Positions 28,821-38,650 of a stretch of DNA of 64,000 nucleotides are shown one piece after another. The notes under the pieces were generated by a model that worked only from the letters and a program-made list of their open reading frames with translations, was not told the origin of the DNA and ran no database searches. The first letter of the stretch is position 1; each line of letters opens with the position of its first letter. The translations under genes and the position numbers were made by a program. The DNA is from a virus (Duplodnaviria; Caudoviricetes), in IMG/VR virus record IMGVR_UViG_3300028805_000048; one strand, 5' to 3'.

Positions 28821-31800
28821 ATGGCAATCACATTGTTTCCTAATGCTCAAAAAATAGCTTTGACAGAAGACGATAAAGCTAATCCGCATAAATCTAGTTA
28901 TGAAAATTATACAGGAATAGTATTTGATACAGATAAAAATGAATTTAAAATTGTTACGGGTAAATTTCGTGATAAAAAAGATATGTATGAAAAAATGACT
29001 AAAGAGGAAAAATATCTTCGTCGTGCATATGAATCTAAAATTTGGGATTGGATACAAGATAATGCTAAAACTCCTGTTGATGGCTATTTGATGCTCAGTA
29101 CAGCTGTTTCTAAATGGATAAATAATAATGTTTTGTCTAAATATTATAAAAAATTACTTCATGATTTACCATATATTAACCGTGAAGGTCGTAAAGGTGA
29201 TCCACAAACAATGGGTACTAAAGCAAGTTTTGAATCAATGGAAGAAACAGAGGAAGATAAAATGTTAAATGAAGCTATTATGAATGAAGCTGATTTAGAT
29301 GATAAATATGATGAATTGTATCAAATAGACAAAAATGATGAAAATAAGAGTAAACATACTGTTGATATATATGGTGTAGACGATGAAGGTAAAAGAGGTA
29401 GATTATTAATATCTTATCCTAATGTTTATTTATTTGATAATTTTTTAGATGGAAGTTATGCAGATGCTTTAAATGTTACTAATGAAAAATTAAAAAATAA
29501 AGCAAGAATATTTTCACCATCGTTTATAACTGCCGTATATAATAATATGAAAACACGTCTTAAACAAGATCAAGGAATAAAGCCTGGTGAATTGAGTCCA
29601 GATAGTTATAATAATCAAAATTTAATATTTGTTGTTGACAAAAATTTAAGTGATCCAATATATTTGAAAAAAAGTGACATAGGTAATATGTTTGCTAGTA
29701 TGTATAATAATCATTATGATTGGGATCCATTTAAAGTTATTACTAAAGGAAAAGACGACCAAATAGCACAAATAGATCGCGCATATCAAGCTGGTAAAAT
29801 AACAAAAGATAAATATAATAGATTAAAAAATGTAACTGGTGCAGATACCAAATTACCAAATGAAATCATTAAAAAAATAATTCCTTTAAAAACAGAACGT
29901 GATAAATTAAATAAAATGATCAGTGCTCCAGATAAAGATTGGGATGAATTTATTAAATTATTTGGTGATGAAGAAAATCCTTTACCAAAAGCTAAAGCAA
30001 GAGTACACGAATTAACAAAACAAATTTTAGAATTAGAAAATCAAGGAAGATTACAAAATATTTCTTCAAATAAAAAAGAAAATGACTTTAACAGAGAATA
30101 TAATCTTAATAAGCCTATATCAATAGGTAATCCTCTTCATAATAGCAATTATGAAAATGACTTTGTTAACAGAATTGATCAAAAATTAAAGTTTAAAAAC
30201 AATATAGTTAATCAAATAAAAAATTATGAACAGCAAGGTAATTATAAAAGAGCAAGTGAGTTAAGAAAATTGTTAGGTGAAAAACCAGATATTCTTTCTA
30301 CAATACATGACACTGAAATTTTAGATAGATTTAAAAATAAAGCATCTAATGCTGTCAATAGATGGAATGCTTCTAAAGAAATAAAACCTATCGAACGTAC
30401 TACAAAAAGACATGAAGAAATTATAAATGATTTAGCTTCTAAAACAGGTGCTAACATTTATTTGTTAAAAAGAGCTGCACATGCAGTTTTAACAAATAAA
30501 GGAATAGAATTGAAAAAAGAAAAACCGCAGTTTTTTGATCGTAGTTTAGCTGGTAGAACATATGCAGATCCAGTAAATGCTGCTATTGATTATTTTGATA
30601 AAAATCGTGTACACGATAATGAATTTATTCAAGATTTGAATAAAGAATATATTAAATTAAAGAAATTTCTTGGTACAGACGCTAAATTACCAGATGACAC
30701 AATTAAAAAAATAATTCCTCTGAAAAAAGAAATTGATAAATTAAATACTCTTATTCGTACTTCTGACCTTGATGGATTACGTTTAGAGTTTGGTGATGAT
30801 GTAGAAAATCCAATGGATGTAGCCAAAGAAAAAATAAACGAGTTAAATAAAGAAATGAATGAATTGAGGCAACAGAATAAAAATGAAAGTGTTGTAGATG
30901 AAGCTCAAGTAAACGACGGTGCAACAGAATTAATGCAACAAACAGATAAAATAGCTCAAAATATTCAAAAAAATGCCATGACTGAAGATAATACACATTC
31001 AGAATTAAATCCTGAATTGTTTGAAAACGAAAAACTTAAAGACGATATTCGTGATGCTTTAATTAAAATAGCAGATACTTTCAAAGAGAAATTAAAACTT
31101 CCATTTGAACCTGTAGACGTTTATTTTACAGGAAGTGAAGCTAATTATAATTACAATGAAAACAGTGATATTGATCTTCATCTCGTTTATGATTTTGAAA
31201 ATGCTGGAGTAAGTGCTGAAATATTAAATAAATATCTTCAATCAGCTAAAAGAGTATTTAATGATGAGCATGATATTTTAATTAAAAATATTCCTGTAGA
31301 AGTTGGAGCTGAAAATCTTGCAGAACCTTTAACTACTTCTGGTGTATATTCTTTAGTTTCTAATGACTGGGTAATTAAACCTCAATATGCAAATGTTGAA
31401 ATAGAAGAACCAGAAAAATCAAATTTAGATGAAGTAAGAAATATAATTGAAGATGTTATTTCTAGTCAAAATCGAAATGAAATAGAAAACATGATTAAGC
31501 TTGTATGGGATATGCGTAAAAATGGTCTTAAAGAAGAAGGTGAATTCGGACCATCAAATACATTGTTTAAAATATTACGTAATGATGGTATATTGGCGCG
31601 GTTAAAAGATGCTTATTATGCTTCTGAAAGTCGTGATTTATCTTTAGAATCAATAATGAAAGAAGATTATTTTGGTAATCGTGATGAAATATTTACAGTA
31701 GAAGATGATTTGATCAATAAATCAGAACAAGAGATTTATGATGGCTTGATGGATCATTATAAAGGTAATGAAAATGAAGCTTTAGCTAAATTAGAAGATG

Positions 31801-33407
31801 TTTTAAAAACATGTGATGATGGCTATAAAGATAAAATTCATGATGTTATGAGAAAGATTAAAGAAAATACAAGTTTTGAAAATAAATGTAATAGAATAAT
31901 AGAAAATAGTATGTCTAAATTAGAAGAATATGGAAAAAAAGATCCATTAGAAGGATCAGAAAATCCAGCGCACGTAGATTTAAAAGAACCTATAGCTGAA
32001 ATTAATGAAATGCTTAGATTCTGTCGCGAAGGAATTCATCCAAACATTAAAGAAGCACATGTTCCTTTTAGATATACTGACAATAATGGTAATGTAAAAG
32101 GTATAACTTTGTTAGGTATTGAAAAAGGTGATGATCCACAAAATGTTTGTGTTCAAGAAATAGGTAATGTTCGTGATCCAAATAATAGTTATAGACGTCT
32201 CAGAACATATGGTGAAAAGCAATGGATGCCAATTTCTAAGTTTTTAGAAATAATAAATAGCGAAGAAAATAAAAAAATGTATGATTCAATTATACACAGT
32301 AGTAAATATCCTGACATGTCATTAGATCAATGGGTTGATTATTTAACTAATAAAAAAGAAGCAATAATCAATAGGTATAATAACTGGTTTAAAGCTCATG
32401 AAGATGAATACGATTTAAACAAATACACATGGAAAGCACGTCATGATATTTACGATAAAATCATAAATAAAAAATGGAGACCAGATTTAGCTTTGGCACA
32501 ACATAAGAAAATTGATGATTGGAGAAACAAATTGCCTAAAAAAGAAGAATCTACATTAGATGAAGCTGGGGCTCAAGATTATTGGAAAGTAACAGATGGT
32601 CAAAAAGGTAGATATATAGTTAATCTTCTTGAAAGCATGGGTATTTCTCCGGAATTCATATCTGTTCCATTTGGTATATCTGTAGCTAAAAATACAGATC
32701 AATCTAAAAAAACATCATGGGCAAAACATAAACAAGCGCAAAATCCAAATACACCTGAAGATCAAAGTTATAAATATGATTTCTTTATTATTAAAGGAAT
32801 AGATAAACCCGAAAAAGAAAAAGATATAGAAGAATATAAAGAACCAGAAAATATCTGGGTTCAAAGATTAACTGAAGAAGGTGAAGCTATTAAAACAGCT
32901 TTAAAACCTTTTGCTATGAGTACGCATAAAGTAAAATTAGCAATGCTGAATCCAATAAATGATCCTACCGCTGTTGACGAAAGAGCATTTAATCAAATGT
33001 TTAATCCACAAGGTGCAAAAAGACAAACAGGACGTACTTGGAAAGAAGGTGAATATCAAAGTATTGTTTTGACAGATGAAGAAATAAGAGCTGTTTTAAA
33101 ACAAGTTGAAGAAAGATATAGAAAAGAAGAAAGAATGTTTAAAGCGATTAGAGGACAAACAATCGATGATCATAAATTAGATAAAGATTTGATAAGCATA
33201 TATGAGTCTAATCCAGATGATCCTAGAATCATTAATGCTTTAAAAGCTTTTGATGAAGATACTCTACATTGTGTAAGAAAAGTACAAACCAGTTCTGGTC
33301 CTACATATAGATTATGGCTACCTTATCCAAACGGTTCTGTAAATCCACCAATGCATTATGCGAAGAATAATTTCTTAAAAATGGTTAACGCTGATACAAG
33401 TTATTAA
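28821..33407 (+). CDS. Large multidomain putative head-packaged protein with pol-beta-type nucleotidyltransferase domain
   Basis: VYFTGSEANYNYNENSDIDLHLV (hG[GS]x9-13DxD) plus IPVEV at about 30980-31650; clusters of LNEA/MNEA/KNES/VDEA/MTED/LES/MKED/LDEA motifs. Confidence 0.75.
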   Translation: MAITLFPNAQKIALTEDDKANPHKSSYENYTGIVFDTDKNEFKIVTGKFRDKKDMYEKMTKEEKYLRRAYESKIWDWIQDNAKTPVDGYLMLSTAVSKWINNNVLSKYYKKLLHDLPYINREGRKGDPQTMGTKASFESMEETEEDKMLNEAIMNEADLDDKYDELYQIDKNDENKSKHTVDIYGVDDEGKRGRLLISYPNVYLFDNFLDGSYADALNVTNEKLKNKARIFSPSFITAVYNNMKTRLKQDQGIKPGELSPDSYNNQNLIFVVDKNLSDPIYLKKSDIGNMFASMYNNHYDWDPFKVITKGKDDQIAQIDRAYQAGKITKDKYNRLKNVTGADTKLPNEIIKKIIPLKTERDKLNKMISAPDKDWDEFIKLFGDEENPLPKAKARVHELTKQILELENQGRLQNISSNKKENDFNREYNLNKPISIGNPLHNSNYENDFVNRIDQKLKFKNNIVNQIKNYEQQGNYKRASELRKLLGEKPDILSTIHDTEILDRFKNKASNAVNRWNASKEIKPIERTTKRHEEIINDLASKTGANIYLLKRAAHAVLTNKGIELKKEKPQFFDRSLAGRTYADPVNAAIDYFDKNRVHDNEFIQDLNKEYIKLKKFLGTDAKLPDDTIKKIIPLKKEIDKLNTLIRTSDLDGLRLEFGDDVENPMDVAKEKINELNKEMNELRQQNKNESVVDEAQVNDGATELMQQTDKIAQNIQKNAMTEDNTHSELNPELFENEKLKDDIRDALIKIADTFKEKLKLPFEPVDVYFTGSEANYNYNENSDIDLHLVYDFENAGVSAEILNKYLQSAKRVFNDEHDILIKNIPVEVGAENLAEPLTTSGVYSLVSNDWVIKPQYANVEIEEPEKSNLDEVRNIIEDVISSQNRNEIENMIKLVWDMRKNGLKEEGEFGPSNTLFKILRNDGILARLKDAYYASESRDLSLESIMKEDYFGNRDEIFTVEDDLINKSEQEIYDGLMDHYKGNENEALAKLEDVLKTCDDGYKDKIHDVMRKIKENTSFENKCNRIIENSMSKLEEYGKKDPLEGSENPAHVDLKEPIAEINEMLRFCREGIHPNIKEAHVPFRYTDNNGNVKGITLLGIEKGDDPQNVCVQEIGNVRDPNNSYRRLRTYGEKQWMPISKFLEIINSEENKKMYDSIIHSSKYPDMSLDQWVDYLTNKKEAIINRYNNWFKAHEDEYDLNKYTWKARHDIYDKIINKKWRPDLALAQHKKIDDWRNKLPKKEESTLDEAGAQDYWKVTDGQKGRYIVNLLESMGISPEFISVPFGISVAKNTDQSKKTSWAKHKQAQNPNTPEDQSYKYDFFIIKGIDKPEKEKDIEEYKEPENIWVQRLTEEGEAIKTALKPFAMSTHKVKLAMLNPINDPTAVDERAFNQMFNPQGAKRQTGRTWKEGEYQSIVLTDEEIRAVLKQVEERYRKEERMFKAIRGQTIDDHKLDKDLISIYESNPDDPRIINALKAFDEDTLHCVRKVQTSSGPTYRLWLPYPNGSVNPPMHYAKNNFLKMVNADTSY

Positions 33408-33414
33408 GAAAATT

Positions 33415-33450
33415 AGAGTGAGGTTATTTAAATCTCACTCTTTATTTTAT
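33415..33450 (+). terminator. Intrinsic terminator
   Basis: AGAGTGAG/CTCACTCT stem followed by T-rich tract. Confidence 0.7.
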
Positions 33451-33463
33451 ATTTTATCAAATA

Positions 33464-33472
33464 AAGTTCTAT
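33464..33472 (+). promoter_or_regulatory. Putative late promoter motif AAGTTCTAT
   Basis: Recurrent intergenic motif; heads tail block. Confidence 0.6.
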
Positions 33473-33513
33473 ATTTATAAGATTTATTTCCCTTTATAAA
33501 AGTTTATAAATAT

Positions 33514-34125
33514 ATGTTACGTACGTTAAATGAAGTAAGATCTTTAAAAGATCCAATTAAACAATCCCAGTGTGAATTTATCATACAGGATACACCTGGT
33601 TTATTACTTGCTAAATTAACACAAAAGATAGCCGGCCAAATTTCAGGCAATACAGCACTTGCAACAGCAAAACAGCTTAGGCTACGCTGTACATCTTTTT
33701 CTTATCCAGGAGCAAAATTAGCACAAACAGATCTTAATATAATGGGTCATAAAAGAAAACTTGGAACATTCCAAAACAAATCTGGTGTTTGGAAATGTAC
33801 TGTTGTAGAAGATTTTGAAGGTTCTGTGCTTAATATCATTGCTGCTTGGCAAGATCTTATCCATTCTAATATGTTAGGAACAAGATTACCATCTACAGCA
33901 TATGCTGCAACATGTACAATTCTTATGGGTGGTAATAATTCTGGTGGTCATGTAAGAAACGCTAGTTTAAAAAGGCGTCAAATTGTATTGCATGGTTTTT
34001 ATCCGATAGAATATCAAGTTGCAGACATAGATCCCAGTAGCTCTAATCCAATAAGTGTTAATATTTCTTGGAATTATGATTACTGGGCTGAACGTGGTTA
34101 TAGTTTGTTTTCATTAATTTCATAG
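33514..34125 (+). CDS. Tail tube-like protein (gp19/gp54 fold)
   Basis: LRCTSFSYPG...W..TVVED...AWQDLI...LHGFYP...VNISWNYDYW pattern of T4-type tube proteins. Confidence 0.75.
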   Translation: MLRTLNEVRSLKDPIKQSQCEFIIQDTPGLLLAKLTQKIAGQISGNTALATAKQLRLRCTSFSYPGAKLAQTDLNIMGHKRKLGTFQNKSGVWKCTVVEDFEGSVLNIIAAWQDLIHSNMLGTRLPSTAYAATCTILMGGNNSGGHVRNASLKRRQIVLHGFYPIEYQVADIDPSSSNPISVNISWNYDYWAERGYSLFSLIS

Positions 34126-34136
34126 GAGTAGATAAG

Positions 34137-34919
34137 TTGTCGCTACGATTCCAATCACAAATGGAGGTATCAGGTTTACCAGACGAAGCAATTAATTCTA
34201 CTTGGGAAGTATTGATGCCTAAAATAGATATATCTGATCCATACAGTTCAATTGCTGGAAATGGTGGAATCGGTGCTGTTATGTCTTTATTTACTTCTTC
34301 ATTAACAACATATCAACCTGTTGTTGAACAAATAAGTTTTGGTGTTACAAATTTTAAACCACAAACAAGACGTGTAAGAACAATGTGGTGTAACGTTCCA
34401 GAAGATATAGAGAATTATCATGATGTTAACATAACCATGTTTTGTTCTGCTGGAATGTTAACACAGTATTATATGGCTGCTTGGAGAAGTCTTGTATATA
34501 ATGCTGAAGGTGAATATTATAATCCTATGTCTGTATATAAAAAGAATATAGAAGTTTTTATATATGGACCAGGTAATGTTGGAATAACTGGATTAGCAAT
34601 GGCTCATTTTACATTACAAGGTTGTTGGCCGGTATCACAAGATGATTATAAATTAGAATATAGTGACAATCCTAAGCGTTTAACTATAACAGCTAAGTTT
34701 AAAGTAGATAAAGTTGTATATGCTGGTTCTGAAGCAAATAAAGCAATGGTAACAGAATTAATAACGTCACCTACTTCTATTGTAGATAAAGCTATAACGA
34801 CATTATTTAATGAGAGTTCTAACTATAATGTATATGATACATATGGTTATGAGGGTATTGAAAAAGATGAACCTAATTTAACCAAACAATATGAAAATGT
34901 AGGTGGAATTAAAATTTAA
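34137..34919 (+). CDS. Tail tube initiator-like protein (gp19/gp54/gp48 fold)
   Basis: YHDVNITM...Y..AW..LVYN...YKKNIEV...FTLQGCWPVS...LEYS...ITAKFKVD. Confidence 0.7.
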   Translation: MSLRFQSQMEVSGLPDEAINSTWEVLMPKIDISDPYSSIAGNGGIGAVMSLFTSSLTTYQPVVEQISFGVTNFKPQTRRVRTMWCNVPEDIENYHDVNITMFCSAGMLTQYYMAAWRSLVYNAEGEYYNPMSVYKKNIEVFIYGPGNVGITGLAMAHFTLQGCWPVSQDDYKLEYSDNPKRLTITAKFKVDKVVYAGSEANKAMVTELITSPTSIVDKAITTLFNESSNYNVYDTYGYEGIEKDEPNLTKQYENVGGIKI

Positions 34920-34934
34920 AAAAGGAGAATTTAA

Positions 34935-35678
34935 ATGGCTTTTGAGTATTATGCAGTTGATTTACCTGGTAAAATTCTTTATCCTAAGGAATTTAGTGTT
35001 AGTATAAGACGCATTACACCAATTGAACAAAAATATATTTTATCATTGTCGCAAAAACAACAAAAAACTAACAGAGATTATATTGAATTTCTTAAAAAAC
35101 TTGTCGCCTTTGATAATCCAGAAATGACATTTGAGCAATTGTATTGGTTTGATGTACAATTTTTATTATATAAAATTCGCTTTACAACTTATGAAAAGCA
35201 TCCAATTAGATTAATATTCAAATGTGATAACGATAATCCAGAATGTAATGAAGAAATTACAACAGATTTAAACATTGGAAGTATCGAAATCACAGAAGCT
35301 TCTGATATTGAAGGATTAACAACTGGTATTCTTTTAGATAATCTTGGAAATACGCCAATTCGTCAAAAAGTTATGGGCGACGATTTAGCGATTGAAGAAT
35401 TTATAAAAAATCATAAAGATATTTCAGAAAATGATATGAATATGAGATTACTTCTTCTTGATCTTTGTTTGATTTCAAATGGTAAAACATTAGATGAAAT
35501 GTGGCAATTAGCATCAGATGGAACAATTACGGCTAATGATATCACTAATATTGAAGAATGGTTTGGAAAAACTATTTGGGGCGTTAAAGAAGAAGTAAAA
35601 GTTATATGTCCAAAATGTGGAAAGGAGAGCTCTCGTGCTTATGTTCTAGCATTAGAGGACTTTTTTTCCGCGTTTTGA
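34935..35678 (+). CDS. Baseplate hub/tail assembly chaperone, T4 gp26-like
   Basis: LYWFDVQFLLYKIR, C..C and CPKCG zinc pairs, ends LEDFF; precedes tape measure. Confidence 0.75.
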   Translation: MAFEYYAVDLPGKILYPKEFSVSIRRITPIEQKYILSLSQKQQKTNRDYIEFLKKLVAFDNPEMTFEQLYWFDVQFLLYKIRFTTYEKHPIRLIFKCDNDNPECNEEITTDLNIGSIEITEASDIEGLTTGILLDNLGNTPIRQKVMGDDLAIEEFIKNHKDISENDMNMRLLLLDLCLISNGKTLDEMWQLASDGTITANDITNIEEWFGKTIWGVKEEVKVICPKCGKESSRAYVLALEDFFSAF

Positions 35679-35856
35679 TTTAAATGACATTTTAGAAAGG
35701 GAATGGTGGTTAATGCACCACCTTCACCTTGGCTATCGAGATATTTGTGAGATGCCTTGGGAATATTTTGAATGGTTTTATAAAAGACACGTTCAACATC
35801 TAGTTGATTTAGAAGAAGCTCAAAAAGGACAAGAACAAGTAACTTTTGGAAGATAG
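35662..35856 (+). CDS. gp51-like tail chaperone extension, probably reached by +1 frameshift (not in ORF track)
   Basis: +1 frame FFPRFDLNDILEREWWLMHHLHLGYRDICEMPWEYFEWFYKR...GR*; LMHH..Y..I..MPW resembles T4-like gp51; frame is closed by TAG at 35653-35655. Confidence 0.7.
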   Translation, partial: FFPRFDLNDILEREWWLMHHLHLGYRDICEMPWEYFEWFYKRHVQHLVDLEEAQKGQEQVTFGR

Positions 35857-35861
35857 TTAAA

Positions 35862-38612
35862 ATGGCTAGCATAAAAAAAGGTAAAGAACCTAAAATAGAA
35901 AAAGAAATAGATAGAGATAAAGCATTATTGAATGCTATATCTGGTTTATCTAAAGATTTTAAATCTATCAATAATCTTTTAAAAGATATTAACGATAATC
36001 AGTTGAAAGGAACTAAAGCTTATGAAAAGATTCATGAAAAATTAGTTAAAGATACTTTTCAAACAATTAATAAAATTAAAGCTACTGGTACAAAAGAAAT
36101 TTTAAATGATTTAAAAGTTCAAGAACAAAAAATAAAAAATGAAATGAAACAGCTCGATCTTGAAAAAAAGAAAGAAGATAAAATAGATCGTGAACTGAGA
36201 AAAAAACAAAATGCGGAATTGTTTAAAAAAAGATTAGAAAGATATAATGAAGAAATAAAAAGTATACAAGAAGAACGTGAAAAACTTAAAAAAGAAAAAA
36301 GTAAAAATCGTTATAAAGAAAATACATTATATAAAGTTGGATCAAACATAAAAGGTCAACCAAGTAGTGTTGTTTCTTCTATAGGCTTATCTGTTGCTAC
36401 AGGTGGTCTTATAAATCCAGTGATTGCTAAAACATTAGGTCTTGATAAAATAGTAACAGCTAGTGTTAAATTAGCTGGAAGAACAATTGGCAATGTAAGT
36501 AGTAAAATTTATGATGCTACTGTTGGTTCAATATTTAAAAATATAATGGATCCTTTCAAAAATAAAAAATCTTATGTTAGGAAAAACATAGATAAAGGAT
36601 CAGATGTAGTAAAAAACGCTTTTGGAGGTAGTTGGTTTGGAGCATTTAATAAAAAAGAAGGTGCTATTGCTAAAAATGAAGAAGAAAATAATCCAATTGT
36701 AAAAGAACAAAAAAAGACTAACAATATTCTTGAACTTTTAAAAAAACATGTCCTCGGAAAAGAAGAGAAAGAAAAGAAAAAAGAAGGTGGAAGTATATTA
36801 GGTAAACTTCTTCAAGCCATTGGTGGATTTGGAACAATATTAAAAGGTGCAGCTATTGCAGCCATTCCATATGTCATTAAAACATTTTTTCCAAAAATTG
36901 CAAAATGGTTAGATGATAAATTTAAAGCATATTTAACTGGTACAATTGGATTATCTGAAGGTGGAGCTGAAGTAGTGAGTCAATTAGTCAAAGATGCTCT
37001 ACCTGGTGCTTTGTTTGGTTTTAAGGTCAAAGGTATAAGAGGTGCTATCATTGGTGGTTTATTAAGTTTAGCCGCTATAAATCTTTATAGACTTAGCGAA
37101 AAGATAGGTGAATGGACTGCAACAGCAGTAAATTGGTTAAAAGAACATCCAGCAACAGCAATTGGTGGAAGTTTATTAGGTATAGCAAATTTAGGTAATA
37201 TAAAAAAAGCTGCGTCTGCTTTATCTACGTATATGCACAAAGCTGTTGATTCTTCAAAAAATCTTGGTTCTGCTCTTTCAAATTTTGCAAAAAAATTAGG
37301 TACAGTAACTTTTGGGTTTTTAAAAACAAATATTTCAAAATTAGCATCAGCTATGTCAGCTGGAGCGGCTAAAATAACTAGTGGAATATCAAAATATATA
37401 ATTTCATACTTACCTGCTATAAGAACAGCAATGTCAGGATTAGTAAAAGCAATAGGTTGGTTAGGTGCAGCTTTTATGGCCTATGACATAGGAAAAATGA
37501 TAGGTGAATGGGTTGGTAAAAAAATGAATGAAAAGGAAGAAAAAGAAAGAAAAAAGACAAATAAAAAAGTCAAAAGTATAAAAGATATGTCCAAAGAAGA
37601 ATTAAGTGCATATAATCAATGGTTACATGATACTGGTCAATGGGAAGGTTATGCACAAGGATATACTATAGAAAAAGGTTTGATTTTGGATTCTAAAAAA
37701 GATTTTGACTATGATAGAAGTCTTGAACAATTTCACAACTATCAAGAAAAAATTTTAAACAATGGTCCAGAATATGATGTACCTGATTTTAAACAGCTTG
37801 GATTTGAAAATTTAAAACAATATTCAGATGTACCTTGGAATTCTTCTATTAAAAGAAATAGAGGTATTCCTAAAAGAATAGCTGATAATTTGAATTCAAT
37901 ACATGATAATGTAATATCTCCTTTACAAATGGCATTAGGTACGCATAAAATAACCATAACAAGTTCATATCGTGATTCAAAATATAATGAAGACATAGGA
38001 GGAGCTAAAGGATCAAAACATTTAACTGGTAATGCTGTTGATTTACAAGTTTCTGGTATGACTCCAGAACAAGTTAGTAATGTTTTAAGAAAAGCAAATA
38101 TACCTTTCGCAAGAGCAATTAGAGAAAAAAGTGGTAATACGCAATGGCTTCATTTGGAATATAATCCAAATGGTAATAATCCAGGAATATTAGCAAATTT
38201 AAATGCCACCACTGGAAAATATGTTCAGGTTAGTCCAGGAAAAATCGGTAATGCTAACGATATAAAATTAAGCACAAGTGATATGCCAACAACAGCAGAA
38301 AACCAATATGTTGCCATGAATACCATGAATGAAATGACACAAGCTACAGCAGAAGCACAAGAAACTTCTAATGGTGGAATTATGGATTTATTAGGTAATA
38401 TTAGTAATGGTGTAGCAACAACTGCAGAAAATACAACAAGTAGCATAAACAATATGTTTTCTGGATTAAGTATTTCTAATGCTGGATCTCAAAATCAAGG
38501 ACAAAGTTTATCATTTTCCATACCAAATACGAATGGAGGAGCTGGTTCTTCTACAGGTTCTGTTTATCAGTTTGGTGATGTTGCTAAAACACCTATTTTA
38601 TATACTTTATAA
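35862..38612 (+). CDS. Tape-measure-like protein with Peptidase M15 domain
   Basis: N-terminal coiled coil, Gly/Ala amphipathic region, ITSSYR...N..IGGA..SKHLTGNAVD...WLHL M15 signature. Confidence 0.8.
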   Translation: MASIKKGKEPKIEKEIDRDKALLNAISGLSKDFKSINNLLKDINDNQLKGTKAYEKIHEKLVKDTFQTINKIKATGTKEILNDLKVQEQKIKNEMKQLDLEKKKEDKIDRELRKKQNAELFKKRLERYNEEIKSIQEEREKLKKEKSKNRYKENTLYKVGSNIKGQPSSVVSSIGLSVATGGLINPVIAKTLGLDKIVTASVKLAGRTIGNVSSKIYDATVGSIFKNIMDPFKNKKSYVRKNIDKGSDVVKNAFGGSWFGAFNKKEGAIAKNEEENNPIVKEQKKTNNILELLKKHVLGKEEKEKKKEGGSILGKLLQAIGGFGTILKGAAIAAIPYVIKTFFPKIAKWLDDKFKAYLTGTIGLSEGGAEVVSQLVKDALPGALFGFKVKGIRGAIIGGLLSLAAINLYRLSEKIGEWTATAVNWLKEHPATAIGGSLLGIANLGNIKKAASALSTYMHKAVDSSKNLGSALSNFAKKLGTVTFGFLKTNISKLASAMSAGAAKITSGISKYIISYLPAIRTAMSGLVKAIGWLGAAFMAYDIGKMIGEWVGKKMNEKEEKERKKTNKKVKSIKDMSKEELSAYNQWLHDTGQWEGYAQGYTIEKGLILDSKKDFDYDRSLEQFHNYQEKILNNGPEYDVPDFKQLGFENLKQYSDVPWNSSIKRNRGIPKRIADNLNSIHDNVISPLQMALGTHKITITSSYRDSKYNEDIGGAKGSKHLTGNAVDLQVSGMTPEQVSNVLRKANIPFARAIREKSGNTQWLHLEYNPNGNNPGILANLNATTGKYVQVSPGKIGNANDIKLSTSDMPTTAENQYVAMNTMNEMTQATAEAQETSNGGIMDLLGNISNGVATTAENTTSSINNMFSGLSISNAGSQNQGQSLSFSIPNTNGGAGSSTGSVYQFGDVAKTPILYTL

Positions 38613-38620
38613 AGTTCTAA
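38612..38620 (+). promoter_or_regulatory. Putative late promoter motif AAGTTCTAA
   Basis: Recurrent intergenic motif. Confidence 0.6.
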
Positions 38621-38650
38621 ATTATTATAAAAAACTTTGGAAATTTAAAG

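Noticed and set aside
35639-35971. Minus-strand 110-aa ORF from the track
   Set aside because: Antisense to gp26-like and tape-measure genes; the plus-strand +1 frame explains the region better
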